A stretch of DNA of 64,000 bases from Octopus sinensis (taxonomy: Eukaryota): contig NC_043005.1 of the NCBI RefSeq assembly GCF_006345805.1, positions 37,138,001-37,202,000 on the forward strand, in the 5' to 3' direction. Both the position numbers and the translations under genes were made by a program. Shown one piece after another: positions 13,145 through 25,630 of the stretch (positions are counted from its first letter, which is position 1; every line of letters starts with the position of its first letter). The notes under the pieces are model-generated. The model saw only the letters and a list, made by a program, of their open reading frames with translations. It was not told the origin of the DNA and ran no database searches.

Positions 13145-13407
13145 TTGTTATATTCTAGGATGGTCACTTTTTTTGTTTGTTTGTCAAATAACACATGCCC
13201 TGTATATTCATTCTTCACTTCAGCTTATAACTATTCTTATTTTAGCGTCTTTTGTCTGAAATCTTTCATTACATATCCTATTATCTCTTCTGTGGGTCTC
13301 CATCCCATGCTGATGGGGAGTCACTGAAGAGATCACAGAATGTGTGACAAAAGGTTTCAGACAAAGGACACTAAAAAAAAAAAGACAATCATCCCGAAAT
13401 ATAGCAA
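13145..13407. mobile_element. Long-TIR MITE (internally deleted copy)
   Basis: Outer IR TTGTTATATTCTAGGATGG / ATCATCCCGAAATATAGCAA. Inner ~51-bp IR at 13240-13290 / 13326-13376. Homologous to 27948-28688. Confidence 0.75.
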
Positions 13408-15059
13408 TAAAATATGACAATATGTAAGCACATATTTGAATAAATGCATTTCTCTGGCCCATTTTCTGTTATTGTCTTAAACTTACATATTTTTATATTT
13501 TATAGTTGTTTATTACTTATTCTTTAGTGATAGTTTCTATGACAATATGTATAACATTATTTTCAACCTTAGCTTTATGTGTATACATTTATATACATAC
13601 TCATTTATATACATTTATGTATGTATGTATGTGTATATATATACACATATATATATATATACATAGAAATACACACAAATGTATATATGCATGTATGTGT
13701 ATATGTGTGTGTGTATGTTTATATGTATCCAGAATGGAAATGTGTTAGCCATAATCTTTAAAGGCTCTGTCGGTTCATAAAGGTGAATATGTTTAGTGAG
13801 AACAGCAATGCTGATGCAGTCAATATTGAGCTTAAAGAGATGAAGCATAGTTTATTGAATGGTAAAACATGAGAAGGAAAGGGGATTTTCTACAGAGTCA
13901 CTTGTTTGGAAATGGATATTGCATGTAATGGTTGTTTGGTCTGTGGGATAAAAACACAATATAAAGTGAGAAGTTGATGTAAAATGTCTGTCGCAGTGAA
14001 AATGAGATACAGCCATACAGATGGCTGTAAAAATCAGAATCCATTATAAGAGCAATGAAAGAGGCAGAGAAATGACATGTTATGGTGTGTGTGGAGAATG
14101 AAAGACTTAGATAAGAGAGATCAGATTTGTAGTTTTTCTCCTTCTTTTGTATGTATGATGTGATTAATTAAAGGAACCTCTTCACCATAGAGGAGAGAAT
14201 ATTTCACATTAAGGAAACTTGAATGTCATAGGTATTCAGTGATAAACCATTTTTTAGACTAAGAGAAAAAGAAAGCAAACAAATAGAAAAAAAAATGGTC
14301 TTAACATTTTGGCAAGTTAAAAAAAATTATGTAATATTTCAAAAGTGGCATGCAGAACAGCCAGAATCCAGACAATAACATCTCCATTTATTCTTAATAC
14401 ATTGTGATAAATTGGAATGTTAATATCTGACTACTGTTGGTTTTCACCAGCTGAGAACATCTTTTAGATGATGTGTATTCATAACATGCAATTCACTGAT
14501 GTTACAGAGCCTTGAGTCACTGATGTTTTGACCTTATTTAGTGTCTCCTCAGTGTAAGCTATCCTCCTGGGTCAATGAATCTAACAAAATTCATCAGGTA
14601 GGCCACACTTCAAAAACAAAAACATGTAATTTTTTGTTAGGCATGCCATTCAGAAAGTCTGGAAGCCAGAGGTTGTCCATGGGTACTTTAGATGATGTGT
14701 GTTCATAATACTATTCACCAATGTAAGGGACGTTTCAGGTTCTGCATGTTTCTACCTTATTATAAGTCTCCTCAGCCAATGCTACTCCATCAGACTGATG
14801 AATCTAATAAGAGTACAGTCTCTTGTTAATAGGGATCAGTAAACAAATTATTTCCTCATGCATGCTGATGTCTGCCAAACAGTTAGAAATAATTGTTTGT
14901 ACTGTTAATCTCCTGGTCAACCTGAACAAATAAAAAGAAACTGTGATCAAAGAAATTTCAACTGCAAGCATCCAGTTTTTGAAAAAATATTCTTAATATT
15001 AGTTGTTCACTAGATGTTTAGTAATATCCTCTTTACCATGTATTAAGATTCAGCATGAC

Positions 15060-15297
15060 ACAGTGTGTGACAAGGCTGGCCCTTTGAAATACAGGTACAA
15101 CAGAAACAGGAAGAAAGAGTGAGAGAAAGTTGTGGTGAAAGAATACAGCAGGGTTTGCCACCTGCTGGAACCTTGTTGAGCTTTAGGTGTTTTCGCTCAA
15201 TAAACACTTGCAACACGTGGTCTGGGAATCAAAACCGTGATCCCATGACCGCAAGTCCTCTTCTTCTGCCCTAACCACTGAGTCATTGTGTCTCCAC
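15060..15297 (-). mobile_element. tRNA-derived SINE (variant tail)
   Basis: Minus-strand head GTGGAGACACAATGACTCAGTGGTTAGGGCAG...CGGTTTTGATTCCCAGACC is tRNA-like (A/B boxes). Confidence 0.7.
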
Positions 15298-15364
15298 ATA
15301 TATATATAAATATATGCATGTGAATATAGTATATATATATATATAATATGTATATATAAATATA

Positions 15365-15418
<54 letters not shown>

Positions 15419-15425
15419 TAAATAT

Positions 15426-15463
<38 letters not shown>

Positions 15464-15805
15464 GGCACAGGCATTTTGTGATTTAGCTTGTATGGAGCTT
15501 TTGATGTTTATATTACTAAAAGAACCAGAAATGAAATCAAAAGCATCAGCTGGAAGCAGCTGTTTTTGCAGATGCTGTTCACAAAGGATTTTAAGGAGAA
15601 GAACATAAGGATAAGCATTTTCTTTAAACTTTCTTTTCATATTTCAAAAGAGAACCAGGTTCAGTTTATCAGCTGATAATCGGAAATGAATGACTCTGAG
15701 GATTGAGAATTGGGGTCTTTCAGTTATAATGTGTTAAATAATACTCTACATTTGTACTGAGTTCTACAATTTATTACTTCTGGTGAATCAACAGAGATTT
15801 AAATG

Positions 15806-15862
<57 letters not shown>

Positions 15863-15871
15863 GTTATTTTG

Positions 15872-16281
15872 TTTTTTTCTTGTTTCCGTTATTGGACGGC
15901 AGCCGTGGTGGGACACTGCTTTGAGGAATTTTAAGTCAAGTAAATTGACCCCACAACTTTTTTTTTCACTTTTAAAGCCTGGCACCTATTCTATTGGGAT
16001 CTTTTGCTGAACTGCTAAGTTATAGTAACATAAACACTCCAGCCCCAGTTGTAAAATGGTGGAGGATAACAAGCACAGACACACATAGATACACATACAC
16101 ACACAAACACATATATATGACAAGCTTCTTTTAGTTTCTTTCTACCTCATTTACGCAAAAGGCTTTGATCAGTCCAAGGCTATAGTAGAAGGCACTTGCC
16201 CAAGGTGCCACACAATGGGTTTGAATCCCGAACCATGTTCAGAACCAAGCAAGCTTTTCACCGCACACTCATGCCTGTGCC
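15872..16281 (-). mobile_element. SINE family A, near full length
   Basis: Reverse complement of the family-A head at about 16200-16281 and tail at about 15872-15920. Confidence 0.8.
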
Positions 16282-16299
16282 TATAAAATACATACATAC

Positions 16300-16307
16300 A
16301 TACATAC

Positions 16308-16342
<35 letters not shown>

Positions 16343-16389
16343 ATATATATATATATATATAATATAATATAATAATATATATATATATA

Positions 16390-16436
<47 letters not shown>

Positions 16437-16486
16437 TAATATATAATATATATATATATAATATAATATATATATATATATATATC
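16300..16486. repeat. Interrupted (TA)n/(TAA)n microsatellite
   Basis: Direct inspection. Confidence 0.95.
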
Positions 16487-17469
16487 TTACTTTCAATGTC
16501 TTTATTTTTTATTAGTTTTATTTCTGTTTTACGTCACCTCTTCACAACAACTCAACAACTCACATTTACTTTTTTATACTTTTTTACCATTTTGTTTCCA
16601 TCTTTCAACATCTCTTTCAAAAATATTATCAACATAAACACTTTGCTCTCCTCCTCCTCCTCCTCCACTTCCTCACTTCCCTCTTTTACTTTACATTTTA
16701 TGTCAGAAAGAACACAGACAGTCTAATCATAAATTTCAAATAATAAATTCCAGCTAGTTTAAACAGCTAATGAATGTCACGTGTATACTTGAAACACTGT
16801 CAGTGCATATGATGCACCTGCTCGAGAATCTAACAGTAACTAATTAATGTTATAGAGAGAAGACATATTTCAGTAAGACATATTGATTACACTAAGCAAT
16901 GATGTTTTATTACTCTCATTTCAACCGGTGAGGAGAAATGAGACATGTAGGAGAGGTGTTTGGACTGGTAAGGTCAGTTTCTCTGATAAAAGGTTGTCTG
17001 TTTTTCAGGGAACAGTGTGTGTTGGTTGATTGGTTGGTAGGTAGGTAGAGGTGTAGTTTTTAATTAAAAGGTAAAAGCAGCTTCAGGTAGGATGAGGTGG
17101 AATAATGTAAACCTGGATAGTAGTTATCATGGGAAATGCTGATTAATGCCAATCATTTGACAGACATATCAGTGTTAATTACTGACATTCTGTAGGTAGT
17201 TAGGGTAGTTTGAATGACTAGAAAACTAATGAGAAGTGTCTTGGCTAACACTTGATACCAGTAGCATAGTAACTGTTTAAAGCGACCTCTATTCACTAAT
17301 GCTACTGTTACTTCTACTCAAAAAAAAACATTGCATTATTTAGAAAATATAGCTATCATAATGCTATATTTATTATTTGGTGATAATTCCACTAGTGTCA
17401 AAGTGATAACTTGACAATTTTTTTTGTCATACCTCAAGTTTTGTAGTTGTATTTTAGCTTTTATCGCTG

Positions 17470-18065
17470 GTAGTTGTTTCACTATTGTCATCATAATAGT
17501 TTGACTGTTGTCATGATATTTGTTTGGCTATTGACATGAACACAGTTTAGCTAGTGTTATAACAATTGACTACTGTCATAGTGATAGTTTTACTATTGTT
17601 GTAATTGTTTAAACCCATTAACATTCAGATTTCTCCGTCAAATGAAATGCTTTTTTATTCACATCGATATGAATTAGTCATGCATTATCTTGTTGCTTTG
17701 AGATTTCAATGTAGTGATTGTTTATTTTCAGAATAATTTTGTAGGGTAAGTGTGAGAGGCCAGATCTGATCAGTTTGAAGATGATACAGGTAGATTATTT
17801 TGGCTGGATATGGCCGGTTTAAATGGTAAAGGGTTAATAGTTTGACTAGTGTCACAGCAACTTTTTTCTGTTGTCATTGTGTAGTTTGATAATAATTGTT
17901 TGACTATAGTCATAGCAAAAGTTTCACTATGGTGACAGTTTGACTATTGCAGTTACTCATAGTTTGACTATTGCCATAGAAATAGTTTGACTATTGCCAT
18001 AATATCAGTTTGATTATTGTCATACTAATAGCTATTTTGACAAGAGTCAAACTGTTACCATAGTG
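17470..18065 (+). repeat. Degenerate ~23-bp minisatellite (AGTTTGACTATTGYCATANNNNT), interrupted by a MITE
   Basis: Three consecutive units from about 17961 show an exact 23-bp period. More degenerate units lie on both sides of the 17609-17837 MITE. Confidence 0.8.
17609..17837 (+). mobile_element. piggyBac-like MITE family P1
   Basis: TTAA-ACCCATTAACATT...AATGGTAAAGGG-TTAA termini. Homologous copies at 22703-22931 (+) and about 29043-29253 (-). Confidence 0.75.
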
Positions 18066-18077
18066 TCATAGTAGCAT

Positions 18078-18638
18078 GCTGGCACAGAAAGAATACAAGA
18101 AAAGACATGACAACCTAGAGAGAGTAATCCACTGGCAGTTAGGTAGAAAGCTAAGATTTGAACATATTGATAAATAGTATGAACATGAACCTAGTAAAGT
18201 ACTAGAAAGTAAGAAATATAAGATGTGAGACTTTAACATTGAGACTGACAGAGTAACAGAAACTAGAAGGCCTGATTTAATAGTAGTAGGTAAAAAGAAT
18301 AGAAAGTGCCAGATAATTGACTTTACAGTCCCAAAGGATGAAAATAGCAATAATGAGAGTTATCGAAAAAATAGCAAAGTACCAGGACCTAACCATTGAG
18401 TTACAGAAACTATGGAAAATGTGGGTAAGATATATCTCAGTAATTATAGGTGCACTGGGAACTATCCTTAAAGATTTGAAGAGATTGATAGAGGAAATAG
18501 GCATAAAACCCAGTTTACTACAGTTCCAGAAAACAGTGGTATTAGGGATAGCTAGGATACTTCAGGGGGTTCTTGGCATCTAAGGTTACTTGTTGTGGCT
18601 TGATGTTAGGATTTTTCTTTTCCAATAGTGTTATCTGT
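18078..18638 (+). mobile_element. R4/Dong-like (REL-endonuclease) non-LTR retrotransposon 3' remnant
   Basis: Peptides LAQKEYKKRHDNLERVIHWQL, RRPDLIVVGKKNRKCQIIDFTVP and EKIAKYQDLTIELQKLWKM...VIIGALGT carry the RHD motif and PD..D..K restriction-like endonuclease of site-specific LINEs. Stops and frameshifts present. Confidence 0.88.
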
Positions 18639-18825
18639 TGTGCACCCTATCCATTTAAATGTCTGTGTTGTATTACATGAAGATATTTCACTACTCCCCC
18701 ATCCCAAGCTTTCAGTAATACTGTAACATGTTATCCTTCACTCGCCTCAGGACACTGGGTGTGCCTTGGCAAGTGAGTGTAACAAACATGCAGATTAAAA
18801 GTAAAATCAACAACAACAATAATTT

Positions 18826-19150
18826 GAGGCCCCCTTCGGTCACGACACAGACCATGGGATTGCACGTAGAAAGTTACCCTCCCAGGCACACGTCCAGGCA
18901 AGGTTGTTTATGGAAGATCAGAAGTCGCCCATGCATACTGTCTTCGTGTCTCCACACCACCAGTGTTATCCAAAGGAAAGGCAACGGCTGATACAGCTTG
19001 GCACCTATAATGTCACAACTCATTTCTAAAGCTGAGTGAACTGGAGCAATATGAAATAAAGTGTCTTGCTGAAGAACACAACACACAGCCTGGTATGGGA
19101 TTCAAGCTCACAACCTCATGATCGTAAGCTCGATGCTCTAATGACACTAA
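18826..19150 (-). mobile_element. SINE family C
   Basis: Colinear with 10446-10775. Confidence 0.85.
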
Positions 19151-19940
<790 letters not shown>

Positions 19941-20318
19941 AATTATGATAATAATAAATTCACCTCTTAAATACTACTGAGGTTGTCCTGGCCATTTTGT
20001 GTGCATATGTTGGGGATTTAGTGTGTGTAAAAAAATCCTTACATAAGTTGACATTCGTATCAATAAAATTCTAGATTATATAGCCTCCTTAATGTTCATT
20101 CTAGATTTGGTTATATTCGTCTGTTGTGTATGTGTGTAGAATATTAACCAATGTTCCATATATGTCAACAAGAATTTTTGCTTTTGCGGACAAAATGAAT
20201 TTCACTTAGAGCAAAAACAAAGAATGTAAAAGAAAGCATTTGTTATGACTTGTTATTTAGTTTAATACACTTCGACAAGAAACAGGAGTCATATCCATCA
20301 ACTACTACAACTACAACA

Positions 20319-20354
20319 ACTATCACCACTAATACTACTGCAACCACCACCACC

Positions 20355-20423
<69 letters not shown>

Positions 20424-20463
20424 GCCATCACCACCACCACCACCACCACTACTACTACCACCT
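20319..20463. repeat. Compound (ACT)n/(ACC)n trinucleotide microsatellite
   Basis: Direct inspection. Confidence 0.9.
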
Positions 20464-22261
20464 TTTAGTTACCATAGATTTGTTTGAATAAATTTTTCCC
20501 CCATATCTAATTTAATTATCATTTTGCTCTTTTATGGTTATTACAGAATGTTTGTACATGTGTGTGTGTGTGTGTGTGTGTGTCTGTCTGTTATGTGGGT
20601 GTGCAGGTGTATACGTGTTATGTTGCTCATCACACCTGCTTATCTTTTGGTGTTGTCTAGAAGAATGAAGCCTCTCAAGATCTTTTTTACTTAGACATAT
20701 AATCATCGCTGCTACATAAACACACAAGCAAACACATGCATATTCACATACATGCTTATGCACACACATGTTTGTGTGTGTGCATGTTACTATGTGTGTG
20801 TGTTGATTTCTACTATTTGGATACTTATATGATTAAGAAATTTGTATGTATTAAAGTATATATATATTATTTCAATTTGTAAGATTACTATAGCTTTATA
20901 ACAGTATAATCATCATCACCATTGTTATAATTGAACGTCCACGTTTCCCTGCTGATATGGGTCAGAAATTTTTGTTATGGTTTAAGTTTTATGCTACAAC
21001 ACTACTGTAACAAATATGTCTAGTACTAATCATAACAAGCAATTAATGAAATATAACAAATTAATATACATTAAAACATGAAAAAAACGATATTGAAATG
21101 AAGAGAATGTAAGGTACAAAAAATCTCACAACAAAAAGGTACAAGTAAACGAATGAAAAACAGTTCATTGTCAGCTGCCTGTTGGAAATCTTTATGGTTT
21201 TGACTTCTGGGCAGGACCATTCAATTTGATCTCATTACCGTTAATTTACATCCAATTTTCATGCTGTCGTGTGTTGGACAGGACATCACACTTTGGGTAA
21301 TTTCTTACTGGAAACCACTGCTCTCATTCACTGGTTCATGTATATGTCATTTTGACTTGTTTTATATTTTATCCTTGAATTCCTTTCCTATCACCAACTA
21401 CTTTACAGAGTGTACTGGATGCATTTTCCTAAGGTGATTTTGATAAGTGAGTCAGAACCAAAGGCATCTCACAACTATAAACATTCTCCACACATTTGCC
21501 ATCCACAATTGTTTGTTGATAATGTATTTCATAGAAAATAGTGATCAGAATGAAAGAATTACTGGAGATTATTTGAGGTACCAGGCAATGCTCAGAAACT
21601 GTATCAGTAACAACTTGAAGAAATAAGATTTTAGCATGCATGACAATCTACATCACAAATGAATTAGCATCTCTGTGTATTGCCATGGAAGTAGGAATTG
21701 CTGTAAAATTGTCTTCTACACTTACTAGTTCATTCTAAAGCCTAAGAATAAACAATATTCTTGGTTTTGCTTGTGGTCTTTAAGCATAAAGTAAGTAAAT
21801 CCATTCTCTTGTTAGTTGTAAACACACTGAAAGTCAACACAACTAACAGAATTACTTGTATTGACATTTCTGTGTCCTTCTACTGAATGACTCTGCTTCC
21901 TTCAGTTACATGTCTTTTGATTAGTTCAGGTGTAGAATGTTGAGACTGCTCAAATATTTTTGGTATCATTATTATTATTATCAAGAATAAGATGTCGAGC
22001 TGGCAGAATCATTAGCACGCATCCACTACATTCACATATCCACCACAAACAGATGCAGCTTTCTTTATTTTTCATCTTTCTTTTTAAATCTTTTCCTTCA
22101 AACACTTGTACATCAAATTCAACGAGATTGACCCTCCTCCTTCTCCTAATCATCATCATCACCATCACCACCACCACCACCACTGTTTAAGTCTTTTCTT
22201 CTTTCATTCTCATCTACTCTCTTTTTCTGTTGAGCAGAGAAAGTGAAGTAATTATAAAACA

Positions 22262-22640
22262 AAATCTTTTACCTTTTACGTGTTTTAGTCATTGGACTGT
22301 GGCCATGCTGGGACACTACATTATAGGATTTAGTCAAACAGATCAATCCCAATACTTATATTTTCTGTTAAGCTTGGTATTTATTCTGATAGTCTCTTTA
22401 GCCAAACCATTAAGTTACTGGTATGTAAATAATCCAACACCAGTTGTCAAGTGGTGAAGGGAGCAATCACAACACACACACACACACACACACTGGGCTT
22501 CCACACAGTTACTGTCTAGCAAATTCCCTCACCAGACATTTGCTGGCCCCAGGCCATTATAGAATACACTTATCCAAGGTGGGTCTCAACACACAACTAC
22601 ATCATTGCAAAGCAAGCTTCTTAACCACACAGCCATGCCT
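22262..22640 (-). mobile_element. SINE family A, near full length
   Basis: Reverse-complement head (CTTAACCACACAGCCATGCC) and tail (TTTTACGTGTTTTAGTCATTGGACTGTGGCCATGCTG). Confidence 0.8.
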
Positions 22641-22702
22641 GGTCAAATTTTCCTACTAGAATGTAGAAATTTTTAAAAATTGAATTGAAAATCATTATTG
22701 TT

Positions 22703-22931
22703 TTATCCCTTTAGCATTCAGATTTTTGACAAATGTAAAAGTTATTTACTCACATGGTTTTGAATTCATCATGCATTATCTCATAGCTTTGAGAGTTCAG
22801 GAAATGTGTTTGTTGTATTTTTAGAATGATACTGATGAGTAAGTGTGGAAGATCATGTCTGGCTGGTTTGAACATAAAACAGATCAAAATATTTGGGCCT
22901 GATATGACTAGTTTAAATGCTAAAGGGTTAA
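22703..22931 (+). mobile_element. piggyBac-like MITE family P1
   Basis: TIR CCCTTTAGCATT / AATGCTAAAGGG followed by TTAA. Confidence 0.8.
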
Positions 22932-24227
22932 GTACCAAGATAGATGTTATACAACCCTCCTTGTGAGTTGGCCAATAATACTATTTAAGTGCTTTTGTGA
23001 GTATTTGTTTTGTAGTATCTCAATAAAGCATGAACACACACCCACACACACACAGAATAACAATTCACATTTATATTTATTTTATTTAAATTATTGATAT
23101 TTAATAATTTGGCTGAGGAATTACCATGAATTACCATAAATTTCTTCATGTCCTAAAGCATTTGAGGTAGACCTTCATTCTGCATAGGAGTATGTTTTCC
23201 CTCATGCTTTGCAAAACTTTAACTCTGCAATAGAATTCTTTCAAACACAGATGTATAACTTTTGGCACCCACTGTACTCTCACTGAAAAAGGGATTCCAA
23301 ACTGAAAGTTGGTTACTTCAAGGCACACTATGTATGGAACATATCATTTCTGTGTGTTCAACAGTGAAAAACAATAAATCTTAAACATATAAAAATTTGC
23401 TGTCATTCAGGATATTTTCATTAATATTAGTATTATTGTGGAAGGAAACTTAAAACATCTTTGATTGTGAAATATCGTATATATTTCTAATATAAAGAAG
23501 CCGTATTCTAAATGAGAAGTGTGGACTGTCATTAAATAAATACACTAAATTCCCTCATTATATGTAACTTTTCCAATATGTTGCAAGCTAGATTAACAAA
23601 TATATATGTATGTGTGCATATATATATAAAGCTTTGATACTTTTCAACTAATTTTGACTATAAAGTAACTTTATTAATATCTAAACTAAGTGAAATATGG
23701 CATGGCACTTATATATTTTTCATGTGCTTATCATCTCTTGATCAAGCGAAATCTTTGTCTTAATATTATACCATGTGAATCAGCAGAGTTTAAAACCAAC
23801 TTCTTTCAAGCTGCAACTATTGAATAAGAAAATATCCTTTTGCTGCAAGGTTGTTTTTATCTAATTGACAAATTTCGTCTCTCATGTTTTATGCAATCAA
23901 CAAACTTAGTGTTCGTATGTAATTTATTAAAGATCTCTTTAATTTACTGATCTTTTTGATGCTATTCAAAGGAATTAATTTCATGGTTCGTTTTTCTTCT
24001 TCAAGTTTTTCACAAGTTATGTTTAATAGAGGAGTTATTATATGACAAATTATGCCACATGAAGGATTTGACTAAATGCAATAATAAAGACAAAAACAAA
24101 CTGGTTTCGTTTTCTCATTATATAATCTACAAAACCTTGCTTCGAAACATCAGTTGTTCGTTTTGCGTTCTAAGTATTGCTTACATCAAAAAATTATTAT
24201 AATAATAATTATTATTATTATTATTAT

Positions 24228-24441
24228 GAAGGTGGAAAGGAGGCAGAATCGTTAGTATGCTGGGCAAAATGCTTAGTGACATTTCATCTATTTTTATATT
24301 CTGAGCTCAAATTCTGCTGAGATTGTCTTTGCCTTACATTCCTTTGGTATTGATAAAATAAATACCAGTTAAGCAATGGGGTTGATGTAATTCACTTACC
24401 CCACTCGCTGAAATTGCTGGCCTTGTGCCAAAATTTGAAGC
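24228..24441 (+). mobile_element. SINE family B flanked by (TAT)n on both sides
   Basis: Head GAAGGTGGAAAGGAGGCAGAATCGTTAG, core, and tail GGCCTTGTGCCAAAATTTGAA. Confidence 0.8.
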
Positions 24442-24495
<54 letters not shown>

Positions 24496-24509
24496 CAATC
24501 ATATACACA

Positions 24510-24860
24510 TAACAGATAAGACTGCTGGAAAAGAAAATATCCTAACATCAGGCTACAACAAGTAACCTTATATGTCAAGAACCCTCCTAAGTATCCTAGC
24601 TGTCCCTAATAACACTGTTTCTGGAGCTGTACTAAACTGGGTTATATGCCTATTTCCTCTATTTATCTGTTCAGGTCTTTAGGGATAGTTCCCAGTGCAC
24701 CTATAACTACTGGGATACATTTTACCTGCACTTTCCATAGTCTGTGTAATTCAATAGCTTGGTCCTGGTACTTTGCTATATTTTTCTACAAGTTTCATAT
24801 TAATTTTTTCCTCATTTGGGACTGTAAAGTCAATTATCTGGAACTTTCTATTCTCTTCAT
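24510..24860 (-). mobile_element. Second R4/Dong-like LINE 3' fragment
   Basis: Reverse complement of about 18270-18638 (KYSKVPGPSY.../GALGTI region and shared 3' UTR GGTTACTTGTTGT...GATGTTAGGA). Confidence 0.85.
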
Positions 24861-25196
24861 TATCATTATTATTTAATGAAAAGTCACAGCTTATTTTGCT
24901 GAGTATGATGGAAAGTGTCAGCTGTTCATAGCCAACAGACTAAGGTGACAATTGTTTACTGGTCATGCTTCAAGAATCCTGCAAATAATTCTTGAAGTTC
25001 CAAGCAATGCTGATTTTCATAGGTGTTCTTCCTTCACACTTGCCCCAAACTTTTTCAGCGATGTTAGTAGTTGAGTGCTTATTCTACTTTATTATTATTA
25101 TTATTGCTATATGCTTGACTTTTGCTTAATATTTGTGTATATAAATTAGAATAATAATAATAATAATAATAATAGCTTCAAATTTTGACACAAGAC

Positions 25197-25224
<28 letters not shown>

Positions 25225-25233
<9 letters not shown>

Positions 25234-25630
25234 CTGATCTACTAACATCATTAGCATGTCAGACAAAATGCTTATTGACACTTCCTCTGGTTCTTTACAT
25301 ACTGAGTTCAAATACTGCTGAAGCTGACTTTGCCTGTCATTTTTTCAATGTTGATAAAATAAAGCCCAAGTACCAGTCAAGTACCAGAGTTGATGCATGT
25401 GATCTACCATCTCTCCTCAAAATTGCTGACCTTATGCCTAAATAAGAATGAATGAAAGGTGATGAGCTAGTAGAATTGTTTGTACATTGGCATAAAATTG
25501 CTTCTGAGTTCACTCAGGTTGACTTTGCTGTTCATCCTTTCAGAGTTGATTAAATAAGTGCCAGTTGAGCACTGGGGTCAATGTAATTATCCGTCCCCTA
25601 AAATTGCTAGCGTTGTACCAAAATTTGAAA
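25225..25630 (+). mobile_element. Two tandem degenerate SINE family B copies
   Basis: Cores at about 25300-25400 and 25500-25630. Confidence 0.7.

Noticed and set aside
14463-14807. SECIS or C/D snoRNA reading of the + strand (ATGA-N11-AA; TGCAATTCAC complementary to 5.8S GUGAAUUGCA next to CTGA)
   Set aside because: Helix II does not form at SECIS spacing. The CTGA boxes and the 5.8S match are absent from copy 2, and the +5 rule points to a base other than the known Gm75 site.
17470-18065. CRISPR-like appearance of the 23-bp repeat
   Set aside because: Units are contiguous and degenerate with no unique spacers, no cas genes, and a eukaryotic context.
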